Assembly: GCF_048593235.1 (NCBI RefSeq)
Contig: NC_133618.1
Coordinates: forward strand, 48,022,478-48,086,477
From: Sminthopsis crassicaudata
Taxonomy: Eukaryota
DNA length: 64,000 bases
Direction of reading: 5' to 3'
Every line of letters starts with the position of its first letter. Within the stretch, counting starts at the first letter, position 1. A program made the translations under genes and the position numbers. Shown here piece by piece: positions 48,501 through 61,524 of this stretch. The notes beneath the pieces were generated by a model. It was not told where the DNA came from, made no database searches, and saw only the letters and a list, made by a program, of their open reading frames with translations.

Positions 48501-49085
48501 CTAAAGAGAAGAGGGTGGGGGAGAGAATTCAAGCTTTACTCAAACAGAAAGCATCCAGTCATGTTCTCAATGATTCCAATGACTAATGGTATTGACAGGT
48601 ACTCTGTTAGTTGTGCTTTCCCTCTTCCAGGCCTTTGGTCACTCTGTTCCTCTCCTACCTCTCTTCATCTCCTAAACTTTTCCTTATTCTTAAAAATGAA
48701 AGCTACCACTTCCAAGAAGATTTCCTGGAGGCAATCTTAAACCTCCCCTTACACAGAACTTTGCTTTGTTCCTTCCTAATCCCTGGTAAGGCAGATAGCC
48801 CTGACTCTATAGTCAAAGGAATAATTAAAATCTTGCCTCCTTCAGTGACTTGGGTCATTTAACCTCCCTGCAGCCCATTTCCTCAACTATAACATGGAGG
48901 GTGTCAGGGGCTGAACTAATGGTTTCTGAGATATCTACCAGCTCCAAATCTAGGAAACTATCTAGGGAATATTGTGTGGAATAAGAGTGAGCTACATCAC
49001 TATCTATAGGGTTTTCCAGGGCTATTTCTTCTTTGTCTTATTATTAAACACTTCATTCTTTCCTGACTCAGTGGACATTGAAATG

Positions 49086-49643
49086 AGCAGACAGGGAGGG
49101 CGTGATTCACCTCTTTTTATGGTGGTTTCACCCCTTTTTTGAGTAGTCAGAGAAGGCATGATCACCTTCTTTTTTGGAAGGTTCTCACCTCCTTGAAAAG
49201 TCAGAGAGGTCATGACCACTTATGTTCTAGAATCAAAAGAAAGGGGGAGATGTTAGGATTCTTACAAGGTGCTAACTAAGTGGAATTGAGGAGATAATGG
49301 TTAAATCTAGTTTAGCATTGATTTAATCCTACAACAAATAATGGTTTCCTAGTGATATAATGATTGGTGTAAACTCAGTGTGGGTCGTGGGCCTAGAGGC
49401 AGAAGCTGGCAGAGGCAAAGGACTAGCAGCAGGAACTTTTGTAACCAAGGAGAGAGATAAGCCTCTAAGAAAGCTAACTGGGCCCAAGGAAGGAGACAAG
49501 ACTTTGAAGGAAACAATAAAGGATTTGGACTTTAATCCCTGGTGGCACTTGTGATTACAGTGAATTGAAACTAAGGCTGCTCCCAGAAGCCCCCCAAGAA
49601 AACTGCTCCTAGAGAACATTACATTTTAGAGAAGAATATTACA
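49086..49643 (+). mobile_element. ERV 3' fragment: 3' internal region, PPT and LTR (49251-49643)
   Basis: aaaagaaagggggaga PPT, then tgttaggattcttacaagg...atattaca; homologous to the ERV at 57762-61524. Confidence 0.88.
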
Positions 49644-52369
49644 CCAGGGTATTCTGCATTACTTTAAGGATGACTTGTTTCTTTTCATTTTGTACATTTA
49701 TGCAAATATTGATGAAACACCTGCTATGCATGTGTGCAGCACAGTACAGATGTGAAACTAGACACTTTGTCCCCATCAAGTGATCACAAAGGCAATCTCC
49801 TGAATTCAGTTGTTGGGCATGGGTGTGCAAGATCCTAGGACAGCAGTGAGCTCCCTCACTGAGCTGCTTTCAGGGACTTTGCCAACCAAGGATAGGGAGT
49901 TAGGGAGAGCAGTAGGAATTCTCCAAGCCTGGAAGCACTCATGGGAAGAAGCTGTCCCTGGAAAGGTCTAATCCTTGCTAGGTTGAAACTAAGTCCAGTT
50001 TTTTCTATGCTACTGAAGGACTGAAAGTGCTGTGAGTGACTCTAACTTTGGATGTTCTGGACAAAAGCATGGAGGACCTGTCAAGTTTAAACATTGTTAA
50101 ATGAATGGTTAATAAATGAAAGAGGCTCTCCTACAAACAAAAATAACATGTGAACATCACAAACTTAATCTAAGAAATTGTGAGTTTCTATTACATTGCT
50201 TTTAAAAAAGAAAGATGTCTATGGGTAACTACTTCTTTATTTTCCCTTTTCTTCTATTCATTTAAAAATGTATAATTGTTGCCCTTTTATATGTCTCTCA
50301 CTACCCATATACTAGCCAACCTTGAAAAGGTGGTTTCATTCTGCACCCTGACCAGAAATGTTCTTTCCCTTCTACTATGTTGTCCCTTTCAGACTCTGGA
50401 TTTGTTTGTCCATCCTCATATAAGCACATATATTTCTGTTTTTAAAGCTCTGGTCAGAACATACTGATTGGTCTTACGTTCTTTACTTTCAATTCACTCA
50501 TCTGTTTTTCTCCTTATTTCTTTGTATTCCCCACATTTATCATTTTGAATTATATTATACTATTCCACAGATTATACTAATCAATTACATTGTTACAACA
50601 TATTTTGTTTAGCCACTATGTGGTCATTAAATGATTAAGTTCTTTCAGTTTTTCAAAATTATAATAATAATGATTTGTTTAAATATTTATAGCAAGCATT
50701 ATGCTATAAATATTTGAGCTATTTTTTCCTTTTGCTAATATTCTCAGGCTATATTCCCAATAATGGAATTATTCATTCAGAAGATAAGATTATATTTTAA
50801 AACTCCTCTAATGTACTGCTGGATTGTTCTCCAAAATAATTCTACCAATTTGCAATTCTACCAGAAAATTATGAGTGTAACTATTTCTCCAAATACCTTT
50901 TCCTCAAGAAAGACAACATTTAAGATATAGACTTAACATAGTTACAGGACAACAGGTACAGAGAAGAAAGAAAATGAGAAAGAGATACTATATATTTTCC
51001 CCAGTTTGCACCACAGGCTTAATACCCAAGTGCACAGAGCAAATTTCTGATTGGGTCATTTAAACTCCTTGAATTCCATTTCCTCAACTATAAGGTGGAG
51101 AGTCAGGGGCTGAACTAAATGATTCCTGAGATACCTATCAGCTCCAGATCTAGGAAACTATCTAGGGAATACTATGTGGAGTAACAGAGTGAATTTCATC
51201 TTTATCTGTAGGGGTTTTCCAGGGATATTTCTTCTTCTTATTATTATTATTTAACTTCATTGTCTCCTGACTCAGTGGACATTGAAATGCCTTGGGCTCT
51301 CCATCAGCAAGGCTCCTTTGGTCCTATTACCATTCTTTCAAGTTGTCATCCTGCATCCTTTCTCCTTTTCACAGCCAAATTCTAGAAGCTGAATTCTGAA
51401 CACTGAAGGAGGCAAGATTTTAATTATTCCTCTGATTATAGAGTCAGGGCTCTATCTGCCTTACCAGGCATTAGGAAGGAACAAAGCAAAGTTCTGTGTA
51501 AGGAAAGGATTAAAGATTGCCTACAGGAAATCTTCACTGAAGAGATAGCTTTCATTTTCAAGAATAAGGAAAAGATTAAGAAATGAAGAAAGGTTAGGAG
51601 AGGAACAGAGTGATTAAAGGCCTGGAAGAGGGAAACTAGAGGAGCAGAAGTCATGGTTCTTATTTCCCTGGTATACTGTCATATTCTTGCCATTTTGGAG
51701 TCATTCAATTATCCTTTGGGGCTTTTACTCTTATAAGATTTTCTTATCGTCCTACAATCTCCAGTCTTGCCACACTTTATCCCTCCCCTTTCTGGAGTCC
51801 CTTTTCTCAGCCTTATCAGGATCTTTGATCTCTTGATTTGTCCATTTCCCCAGCTTGTTAATGCTGTTCTGGACTCACTTGTCTCACTGCCTGGAGTTAT
51901 TAATATTGACCATTCAGTGATCAGACAGTTTAGGAATGTTCTCTTCTCCCTTAAAATTTTGGACCTTCCTAGATTCCTAACTTGCAGTTCTGAATAACTC
52001 TTAACATCTGCCCCTTAACTCCTTAAGAAACCAAACACGGCTAAAATCATGAAATCATGAAAATGTACTGATGAGATCCTTTTTGAATTTATGTGCCAGC
52101 TAATCTCACCAGGACACTACCATTCCATGGCAATCTTTTTTTCTTTTTCTTCTTTTAACTAGTACTCTCCATGCAATGTCTATAATAAAATGTCTTCTCA
52201 AGTCCCCAACTTTCTCTCTCACCTTCTTCTGACTTGCTTCTAATTTCTTGAAAAGACAAAGCATGTCAACCCTGGTCAATCCCTTCCTCTAGGCTTCTAA
52301 ATCTCTCAATGTCATCATCTGTTCCAATCTCTGAGGAAGTCCTCCTCCTTGCCTAACAGGCTTCTTACA

Positions 52370-52670
52370 CTTAAACTTTATTTTATTTTATTTTTTTATT
52401 AAAGCTTTTTATTTATAAAAATAGGCATGGGTGATTTTTCAAACATTAACCCTTGCAAAACCTTCTGTTCCAAATTTCCCCCTCTTTCCCCCTCACCCTC
52501 TTCCCCTAGATGGCAGGTAGTCCAATATATGTTAAATATATTAAAGTATATGTTAAATCCAATATATGTATACATGTTTATATAGTTATATCTTGCTGTA
52601 CAAGAAAAATTGGATCTAGGAAAAAAATCTGAGAAGAAAAACAAAATGCAAGCAAACATCAACAGAAAGC
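52370..52670 (-). mobile_element. Marsupial L1 3' end
   Basis: ttttattaaagcttttt...aaaaccttctgttccaaattt...ccctagatggcaggtagtcc. A similar fragment lies at ~57570-57715. Confidence 0.8.
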
Positions 52671-53834
52671 TACACTTAAACTTTAAATCCTTTCCTCTCC
52701 CAGCTTCTCCATGAATTTGCTTTATCTATCACTCCTTTTCTCATGTGCATCTTGAACATCTCTCTCTCTCTCTTTTTCTCTCTATCCTGGCTCTTTCTCT
52801 TCATCTACAAAAAGCATGTAATCAGCATGTGTCAAGCGTGATTCTGAGGTTAAGAATCAGAATGATTGAACAGATGGGATGCTCTCAACAGAACAGGAAT
52901 ATTTAATGGAGAATTTGACTTAGGAAGGGAGAGAGTAACATCTGTTTTTGACATAGTGAGATAAGATCATATCTAGATGGAGGGGAACAATCCTCCAAAA
53001 AAGAAGTTTGGGCTGGATAAATAGATTTGGCAATCTTCTGTACTAAGGTGATCACTGAACCTAGGGGAGTTGAGATTGACAAGAAAAGGGGTAAGAGAGG
53101 AGAAAAGGAATCAGGACAAAGCTCTGAGGTATCCCCCCCACACAGTTAGAAGGCAAGGCTTGGTTAACAATTCAATAAAGACGACAAAGGAGGAGGGCTT
53201 AGAGAAATAGGAGAACTGAGTGAAGCAGTATCCCAGAAGGCAAGAGAAGGGAGGATCCGGGAGGAGAATAACAGCATCAAATGTTTGAAAGCAGTCAAAG
53301 AAAATGAAGACTGAGAAAATACTACTGTTCTTGAATTTAAGAGATCATTGATGACCTTAAAGAAACAATTTCAAAGTAGTAGTAAGGTCAGAAGTCAGAT
53401 TGCGATTGGGGAGTGAATGGAAGCTAAGGAAGTGAGGGTATATGGCTGCTTCTAGAATTTGGCTATGAAAAGGAGAAGAGATACAGGAGGACAACTTGAG
53501 AGGATAGTAATAGGATCAAAGAAGCCTTGCTGATGGAAAGCCTGAGGCATGTTTGTAGGCAGTGGAGAAGGTGCCCACAAATAAGGAGTCACTGAGCTGA
53601 AGAATAGTGAAGGGATGACTCTTTGAAGAGACAGTATGATGTAAAATAAAATAGAAAGCACAGGGAGGTGTGCTGGCCAAGAAAGGAGGACCACACACAC
53701 TTCAGAGACTGGAACAGATGAGAAGAGAATCAGGATTTTGAAGATGATTAGAAGAGTTTGGAGTGGGAGAAAAAAGGGAGTTCATGATGGAGGACATCAG
53801 TCTTCCCTAGCCAACTCAGAGATAAGGTTCTCTG

Positions 53835-54305
53835 GGAAGGGAAAGATAAAGGGGAAGGGGAGAATGAAGGGTGGGGAAGAGACAGACAGAGAAACAGACA
53901 GACACACAGAGAAATAGAGAGAGGGGGGAGAAGGAGGGGAAAAAAGGAAAGAGAAAGAGGGAAAGGGTAAGGGAGAGACAGAGAAAGAGGAAGGGAAGGA
54001 GGAAGGGAGAGAGAAAGAGAGGAAGGGAGGGAGGAAAAGAGGATAGGGGAAGGGAAGGACAGAGAGAGGGGGAGAGACAAGGAAGGAGGGAGAGAGAAAG
54101 GGATGAAGGGAGGAAAGAAGGGAAGGGAAGAAGGGAGAGAAAAAGGGAGGAGGAAGAAGGGAAGGGAGGAATGAAGGGAAGAGAGGGAAAGAGGGATGGA
54201 AGGAGAGAGGAAAGGAAGGAAGAAAATAGGCAGGGAAGGAGAGAGGGAGAAAGGAAAGAAGGGAGGAAAGAAAGGAAGAAGGGAGGGGTGAGGGGGAGAA
54301 GGATG
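53835..54305. repeat. ~470-bp polypurine (GA-rich) low-complexity tract
   Basis: Nearly pure A/G on + (GGAA/GAGA/GGGA mix). Confidence 0.95.
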
Positions 54306-54603
54306 TGAGGATTGTTTGAGTCTAGTGGGGAAGAAGAAAAGGATTACTTCAAAGCAATAGTGAACGCACAGTTGATATCATGAAGGATGGATTTCTCATG
54401 AAACCAATCTGCCTGGTAGGGGAACAGAGAAGTCAGACGTTGGGAACAACCCAGGCTCAGGGGATCTGCGTGGGCATGGCTGACACCAGCCAAGGGATTT
54501 GGGGTGGTGGGGAGAGTCTAGTTGGTTCCCTAGATGAAGCAGAAAGCAGGATGAAAGGAGAAGAGTGGAGTCAGAAAAGGCAGTGAGGGAAAGACAGGAA
54601 CTA

Positions 54604-54802
54604 GAGTTCTCAATGAGGATAAAGAACAGACACAGGAGGGAGAGGTGATGATGAGAGAGAAAAATTTCAGAGTTCTCAATGAGGATAAACAACAGACACA
54701 GGAGGGAGAGGTGATGATGAGAGAGAAAAATTTCAGAGTTCTCAATGAGGATAAACAACAGACACAGGAGGGAGAGGTGATGATGAGAGAGAAAAATTTC
54801 AG
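54604..54802. repeat. 66-bp tandem repeat x3 within an antisense L2 remnant
   Basis: Units start at 54604, 54670 and 54736 (gagttctcaatgaggataaa.aacagacacaggagggagaggtgatgatgagagagaaaaatttca). Confidence 0.97.
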
Positions 54803-55057
54803 TGTTGGCTGGGAAGTAGTTAAGGTACATTCAGGATATTGGTGAACTGGAAGGCCAGGGAACATCCACTAAGAACACAGGGGATGGATGGGATGGGGAG
54901 GGAGACTGTGTATTAGCTACCTAACACCTTGGGAAAGGAGTGAATATGACTGAGGGGGACAGGAGATTAATACCAGAAGGGTCTAGATAGAGTGGTATAA
55001 ATGGAAGAAGGGAATCTCAAAGAAGAGAGGTTGCTAAGTAATGGAGACTAAGGGAGA

Positions 55058-55331
55058 GCCTGATTGTGCAGCAGCACATACTGTGTTCCCAACTACTGGG
55101 TGAGGCTGGTTAGTGAATTGCTTGAGCTTAGGAGTTCAGGCTGATTGGGTGTCCCTACTAACTAAGCATGTGGTGAGAGAGGAGAGGGGGTCCCAAGCTT
55201 CTGAAGAAGGGGCAGGTCAGCCCATATTAGAAACACAGTGGGTCAAAGTTTCTATGCTGATTAGTGGTAACAGCTTCACTTGTAGCCTGAGCGAGATGGG
55301 GAGACTCGGTGTCAAAAAAAAAAAAAAAAAA
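55058..55331 (+). pseudogene. 7SL (SRP RNA) retrocopy
   Basis: gttcccaactactgggtgaggctgg...attgcttgagcttaggagttc...gattgggtgtcc...gaaacacagtgggtcaaagtttctatgctgattagt...agcctgagcgagatggggagactcggtgtc plus a poly(A) tail. Confidence 0.85.
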
Positions 55332-56566
55332 GTAGAGGAGCGAAGAATTAGAAGTGCAAAGAAAAAGCTGTCACTTCCTCCTCCTCTTGACCCAAGGAAC
55401 AGAGGTACAAGAGAAGGCTCCCCCAGTCTCAGAGATGAGTCTTCTATTAGGAGTACAAGAAGGATGAGAGAGAAAAGCCTAAGATGAAGGGACATTTGGC
55501 TTGGTAAATGGGTTCCATGGGGCCCAATGACCATTTCCAACCATGTACAATCTCTCCTTTCTCTGTCCTTTCTGTTCTCTTAGGAACCTCCCTAGTTTAG
55601 GACCTCCTCATTTATCTCTTCTGCCTCCAGGCTGCTTCTTCACATGTTGCCTAAATCATTTCCTAAGGACCCTCTGACCACGTTGCTCTTCTCCTGAGAA
55701 AGCCCCCAGAAAGTCCACACCATTTACTGAATTCAAGACAAATTGTTCTTCTGGCAGACAAGTCCTAATGTCATCTGATCCTCTTAAAGTTTTCAATTCT
55801 CATCATAACCTACTTCTTATTTAAAGACACCAGAACAACTATATTTCCCTGTCTCCTTTCCACCTGCTGAAGTCTCTTCTTTCAGGGGCAGCTAGTCAGC
55901 AAAGTAGATGAAGTCTGGAGTCAGGAAATCTGAGGTCAAATTCTGCCTTAAATAACTGTGTGACCATGGGCAAGTCACTTTAACTATTTGTATTGGTTTT
56001 CTCTTCTGTAAAATAAGATGCTAATAATAGCTCCTATCTCCCAAGGATACTAGGATGATCAAATGAGATAATATTTCTAAAAATGCTTACTTAGCGCAGT
56101 ACCTTACACATTATTTGTGCTATGTAAATGTTTACTCTCCTCTTCCCTTTCAAGATTCTATTCTAATTAGCTACTCTTTAGTAAGTTCTTCCCAAATCCT
56201 GACAATAAGTGAACTAGATGTTTCGTCAAAATGCTTTTTAAAGCACACTGAAAATCTCATTTGCATTTTTCACCACAGTCCTCTTGTATGATGATAATTT
56301 GAATATATATATATTTGTCCTCTCCTACCATCCCACAAACTACTTCGATTGTATGGTCCTTGCAAATAGGTTCAGTCTCATATGTGTTTGGGGATTCCCC
56401 AAAGCCTTCCATCTTAGTAGCTTTATCAATATTTGTTGAAATGAAACCCAAAAGGCATGCCTTCCAGACCCTAGCCATATCCTTTCTGATTCGAATAGAT
56501 CCCATTAGATGTTTCCTATCAAAAAAAAAAAAAAAAAAAAAAGATGTTTCCTATCAGATTTATTAC

Positions 56567-56728
56567 CATGGCGTGAAGATTTCACACTTGTTTTCACATG
56601 TCCACCATAACTGCTGGAAGCAGTGGAAATTGTGCTAGGGCGGTTGCTTGTTTTACTTGTTGATTGTCTCTCCCCACGTCTATCCTGACTCTTATTCTTG
56701 GATTTATGAACTGAAGCACTGGATGCAT
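56567..56728 (-). CDS. SPATA33: SPATA33 exon 2
   Basis: Acceptor ttgtttatttctag, donor CATG|gtaata, phase 1/1. (D)ASSASVHKSKNKSQDRRGERQSTSKTSNRPSTISTASSSYGGHVKTSVKSSRH(A). Low complexity and weak similarity, but phase-compatible with both neighbours. Confidence 0.72.
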
Positions 56729-57761
56729 CTAGAAATAAACAAATAAGTAACAGGAAGATAAATAACTGGATGAAGTCAATGAATAATTTGCCTCTTATGT
56801 TCCCCAATGAGATCCACAATGGAGTGGCTAATCAAAGAGGAAATGGTTATTTCTTTAGAAATACATGGCTATTTGCATGGAAATAGTGTAAGAAAAAAAT
56901 TGTCCAGTTTGTTACTATCAGTGATGACAATTAATGAGAGAGGCTTAATATAAGGAAATCCTTTCAACAACTAAAACCAATTACATCAAATGAATTGAGT
57001 ATTTTAGAAGATTGACCTGCCACTGGAGGTCTTTAACTACCTACCAGTACATTGTAGGGGGATTTTTATTTATGTGGAGGTCAGATTAGCTGACTTTCCA
57101 ACTCTGACTTATTGCTTTCTTCAGGAAAAAGCATAGTTTTGTCCACTGGTCTGACAGCTAGATCCTATGAACTCATTTACATTTTATTCATTTGCACAGA
57201 GACCTATAATATTTGGTAGTCATTTCCTCTCCTAACCCTAACTTTTGTTAGCAAAAAAGTTTTTTTTCCTTATTTTTCATCATATCCCACACTTTAAAAA
57301 TATAAATTGTACATGTACTTTGTAAGTCTAAAGAGGTTACATAAATAGAATTATTACTTTCTGTTTGGGAACTTCTGTGTGACAATTTCCTCTACCAAAG
57401 TAGAGAAGTAATTTTTCTCTAACAGTCTCTTATGGAATAGCTTGGGCTGTGCAAGGTTAAGGGAATTGACCATGGACATATAAAATGAGTCAAGGGGTAC
57501 TTGAACCCAACATCTCCCAATAGCAAAGCCAGTGTCTAAAGCACTTTGCCACATATCGGATTAAAAAAACAATAATAATAGCAGCTTTTAATTTTTTCCA
57601 AATATATGCAAAGATAGTTTTCAGCATTCACCTTTGTAAAATCTTGTGTTCCAAATTTTTCTCCCTCCTTCCTCCAACTCCCCTAGATAGCAAATAATCC
57701 AATATAGGTTAAATATCACACTGTTCTTATTACTATTTTAATATTGCCATGCTTCTCAGAG

Positions 57762-60700
57762 TGTTAGGATTCTTACAAGGTGCTAAGTCACTGGAATGGA
57801 TAGAGACAATAATTATCTAATTTAACATGGTTCAGTATGAGTGATCTGATTCTACAAGGAGATGTTATGGGCCAGAACTTGAAACAAGGTACTGAGTGGA
57901 ATTGAGGAGACAATGGTTAAATCTAATTTAGCATTGATTTAATTCTACAACAAATAATGGTTTCCTAGTAATGAAATGATTGGTGTGTACTCAGTGGGCA
58001 GCATATAAGCAAGAAGCTCTCAGGGCCAAAGAGTACTTTGAGAGAACTTCGGGAGATTCAGAGTCAGGATTCAGTCAAGGAGATTCACAAGTCAGGCAGA
58101 ATGAAGGAAGACAGAGAAGTGGTGGCAGGCTGTCCTGTGGAGAACACTGACACCAAGATCTGGAAGGCCTCCAGAAAAGCTAGCCGAGTCTCAAATGAAG
58201 GAAATAAGATTTGGAAAGAGACAGTAAAGGACTTGGACTCCTGGCTGCATTTGGGATTATTGAACTGAACTGAAACTAAGGCTGCCTCCAGAAGCTCCCC
58301 AAGAAACCTGCTCCAAAAGAATGGTTATATCTTTAGAGAAGAGAACATTACATTTTGGCATCTGAACGTGGGATAGACATGATCCTGATTTCAGTGGAAA
58401 AGACTCTGATCCTGATTTCAGTGGAAAAGTCTCCCTGACCCAGAAATTAGGGTGAGTACAACAAGGAAACTTTGTTAAAGAGTTGAAGTAATATTTCAGC
58501 TGAAATGGGGCAGATGTTTAGAAAACAGCCTTCTTATTTCTCTTCAAGGAAAATGTGTAGAGAGCGTTGTCAGGGTTATGAAAAGCCAAGGTTTGATTAT
58601 AATTTTGGAGCACATCACTGAACTTTTAGAAACTGTGCAGTACATATCTGCTTGATTCTCTAAGGAAAAAAAGAATTGGATCTAGAGGAATGAAAATCAG
58701 TAGGAGAGCAATTTTGTCAATACTACAACAAAAATGGACCTGACTCAATTTCCAAAGACACACTTTATACATATAATGTAATACAACTGGCTTTAGGAAA
58801 TTATATAAGTTATAGAATAAGGAAAAACAAGAAAGAGCAGGAGGGGGAGGTACCAAATAAACTAGGTGAAAAAGACGAAGAATCAGATAAGAATTCACAG
58901 CAGGAGAAATTAGATCATTTCCAATCCCTTGACTTACCTCCCTCAATTAACCCTTCAAGGGTGGAGGGAGGAGGAGGAGGGGGAGAGGCAGTAACACAAT
59001 CAGAACCACCTGTTAAGCAGTCTATGACAAGATTAGAAAAAGCATTAGTTAAGGCAAAAAATGAAGGAGAGGATATATCTAATTTTATAGATGCATACCC
59101 TGTGATTGAAGAGCTTGGCTTTTCAGGTCAAAAAAGCATAAGATACACTCCTTTTGATTTGGATAAAATTAAGGATTTGAAAAAAAGTTGCACTCTTTAT
59201 GGGGCTACATCATCTTATGTTAAGATGTTACTAGATAGTTTGGTTTATGAAATCCTAACCCCCAGTGACTGGTAATCCATAGCAAGGACATGTTTAGAAT
59301 CTGGACAAAACTTGTTGTGGCTTCTGGAATATCATGAACTATGTAGGATTCAAGCCAGATGCAATAGGCAAATAGGAGTTAATGTATAAGTCACTTATGA
59401 CCAACTAGCTGGTGAAGGCCAGTATGGAGAGAGTTCAGAATAGATTAATTCATAAACAACAGTTTATGAACAGATTGCAACAGCTGCAATAAAGCTTGGG
59501 GGTTCTCTCGCCAGACAAAAAGATGGAGGGAAAGTCTTCACAAAAAACAGAGCAAGGTGCCAATGAACCTTTTGCAGATTTTGTGGGATGTCTGCAAACA
59601 GCTGTCACAAGAACCATTGGAGAAAATGCAGCTACAGAAATAATGACCAGACATCTGGCTAAGGAAAATGCCAATGAGGTTTGCAAAAGAATTATATGGG
59701 AATTACACAAAGATGCTCCTTTAGAGGAGATCATAAGTGCCACAGTGGGCACAAATGCTTATTACACCCAGACTACGATGAACATGGAAAGATAGGGTCC
59801 CTTTTGGCAAAGGACTTCTAGAGAAACTCATCAATGTTTTCAATGTGAAAAAGTTGGACATTTAAGAACTCAGTGTAGATATGGAAATAGTGTGAGAAGA
59901 CAAGCTGAGAGAAGACCTAAAACTCTATGTCCAAAATGCCACAAGGACTAAGACCTCAATCAAAAGATAGGTGGGGCATGATGGCAGCTGAGTTTATACC
60001 CAGAGAGTCTTTAGAAGGTTAGCATTCTGATGTGATCAATCAGCCGAAAAATAATCACATGGCAGAGAGGGATTACATAATCAACCAACAGAAAAGCAAT
60101 CAGATAGCAGAAATAGATGCAACTGGGGATAATACAGGCCTTTTAAACCAACAGGGCAGTGTCCAGTGCAAACAGCTCCAATGTAATTGCCAGATGATGA
60201 GGAGAGATTTAGAAAGTGGTAAATGGAAGGGAATTAGATAGGTTAACTGCTTGAGAGAAAGGGTTTCCAGACAGAGAAGGAAACAGATGGGTGGCAATGA
60301 ACACCTGGAGAGAGACAGAAAAGGAGAAAAACCTTAAAACCAAGCAGAAGATCTAAGAAACATCTGAAACTGAAAGAGCATGGCTGATAATAAAGACTGT
60401 TGCAGGACTTGAAAACCAGCAGGAAACATTGGATTCACTAATACAAGATGAGACTGTTGAAGGACTTGAAAACCAGCAGGGATCATTGGATTCCTTGAGA
60501 TGAAAAAATTGTTGATGAGAGTATTGCAGGACTTCAAAACTTGCAGGAATTATTGGATTCCTGACACATGAACTAATGGAAAATGGATTCCTTTTGGAAT
60601 ATTTCTAGGACTTATGGATATGTATAATTCCTCATGTGTTATGTTACTATGTGCTTATGTAATTATGCGTAATATCTCCCACACTGATGGATTTATGTAT

Positions 60701-61524
60701 ACCTGTTTCAAGTGAGCCCCTTCAGAAACCTGCTAATCTGATTTGATTTCCCACTTTCTTTGATGTTTCCATCTCCCTGAGAAGTCAGGGAGGTTGTGAC
60801 CACCTCTTTTTTATGATGTTTTCACTTTTTTGAACAGTCAGGAAAGGAGTGATCACCTTCTTTTTTTGGGTTCTCACCTCCTTGAGAAGTCAGGGAGGTC
60901 ATGACCACCCTATGTTCTAAATAAAAAGAAAGGGGGATATGTTAGGATTCTTACAAGGTGCTAAGTCACTGGATAGAGACAATAATTATCTAATTTAACA
61001 TGGTTCAGTATGAGTGATCTGATCCTACAAGGAGATGTTATGGGCCAGAACTTGAAACAAGGTACTGAGTGGAATTGAGGAGACAATGGTTAAATCTAAT
61101 TTAGCATAGATTTAATCCTACAACAAATAATGGTTTCCTAGTAATGAAATGATTGGTGTGTACTCAGTGGGCAGCATATAAGCAAGAAGCTCTCAGGGCC
61201 AAAGAGTACTTTGAGAGAACTTCGGGAGATTCAGAGTCAGGATTCAGTCAAGGAGATTCACAAGTCAGGCAGAATGAAGGAAGACAGAGAAGTGGTGGCA
61301 GGCTGTCCTGTGGAGAACACTGACACCAAGATCTGGAAGGCCTCCAGAAAAGCTAGCCGAGTCTCAAATGAAGGAAATAAGATTTGGAAAGAGACAGTAA
61401 AGGACTTGGACTCCTGGCTGCATTTGGGATTATTGAACTGAACTGAAACTAAGGCTGCCTCCAGAAGCTCCCCAAGAAATCTGCTCCCAGAGAACAATTA
61501 CAATTTAGAGAAAAGAACATTACA
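57762..61524 (+). mobile_element. Non-autonomous betaretrovirus-like (ERVK-class) provirus: 5'LTR 57762-58352, PBS 58356-58373, decayed gag ~58505-59950, PPT, 3'LTR 60940-61524
   Basis: TG...CA LTRs; 6-bp TSD TCAGAG (57756-57761 and 61525-61530); tRNA-Lys-like PBS tggcatctgaacgtggga. Gag remnants: MGQ start, CA (LKKSCTLYGATSSY...LTPSDW), MHR (QGANEPFADFV), CCHC knuckle (CFQCEKVGHLRTQC). No pro/pol/env recognised. Confidence 0.93.

Noticed and set aside
53748-54308. Charged or hydrophobic ORFs on both strands
   Set aside because: Translations of a polypurine low-complexity tract.
58038-58268. Identical 76-aa ORFs at 58038-58268 and 61211-61441
   Set aside because: Incidental ORFs within the duplicated LTRs.
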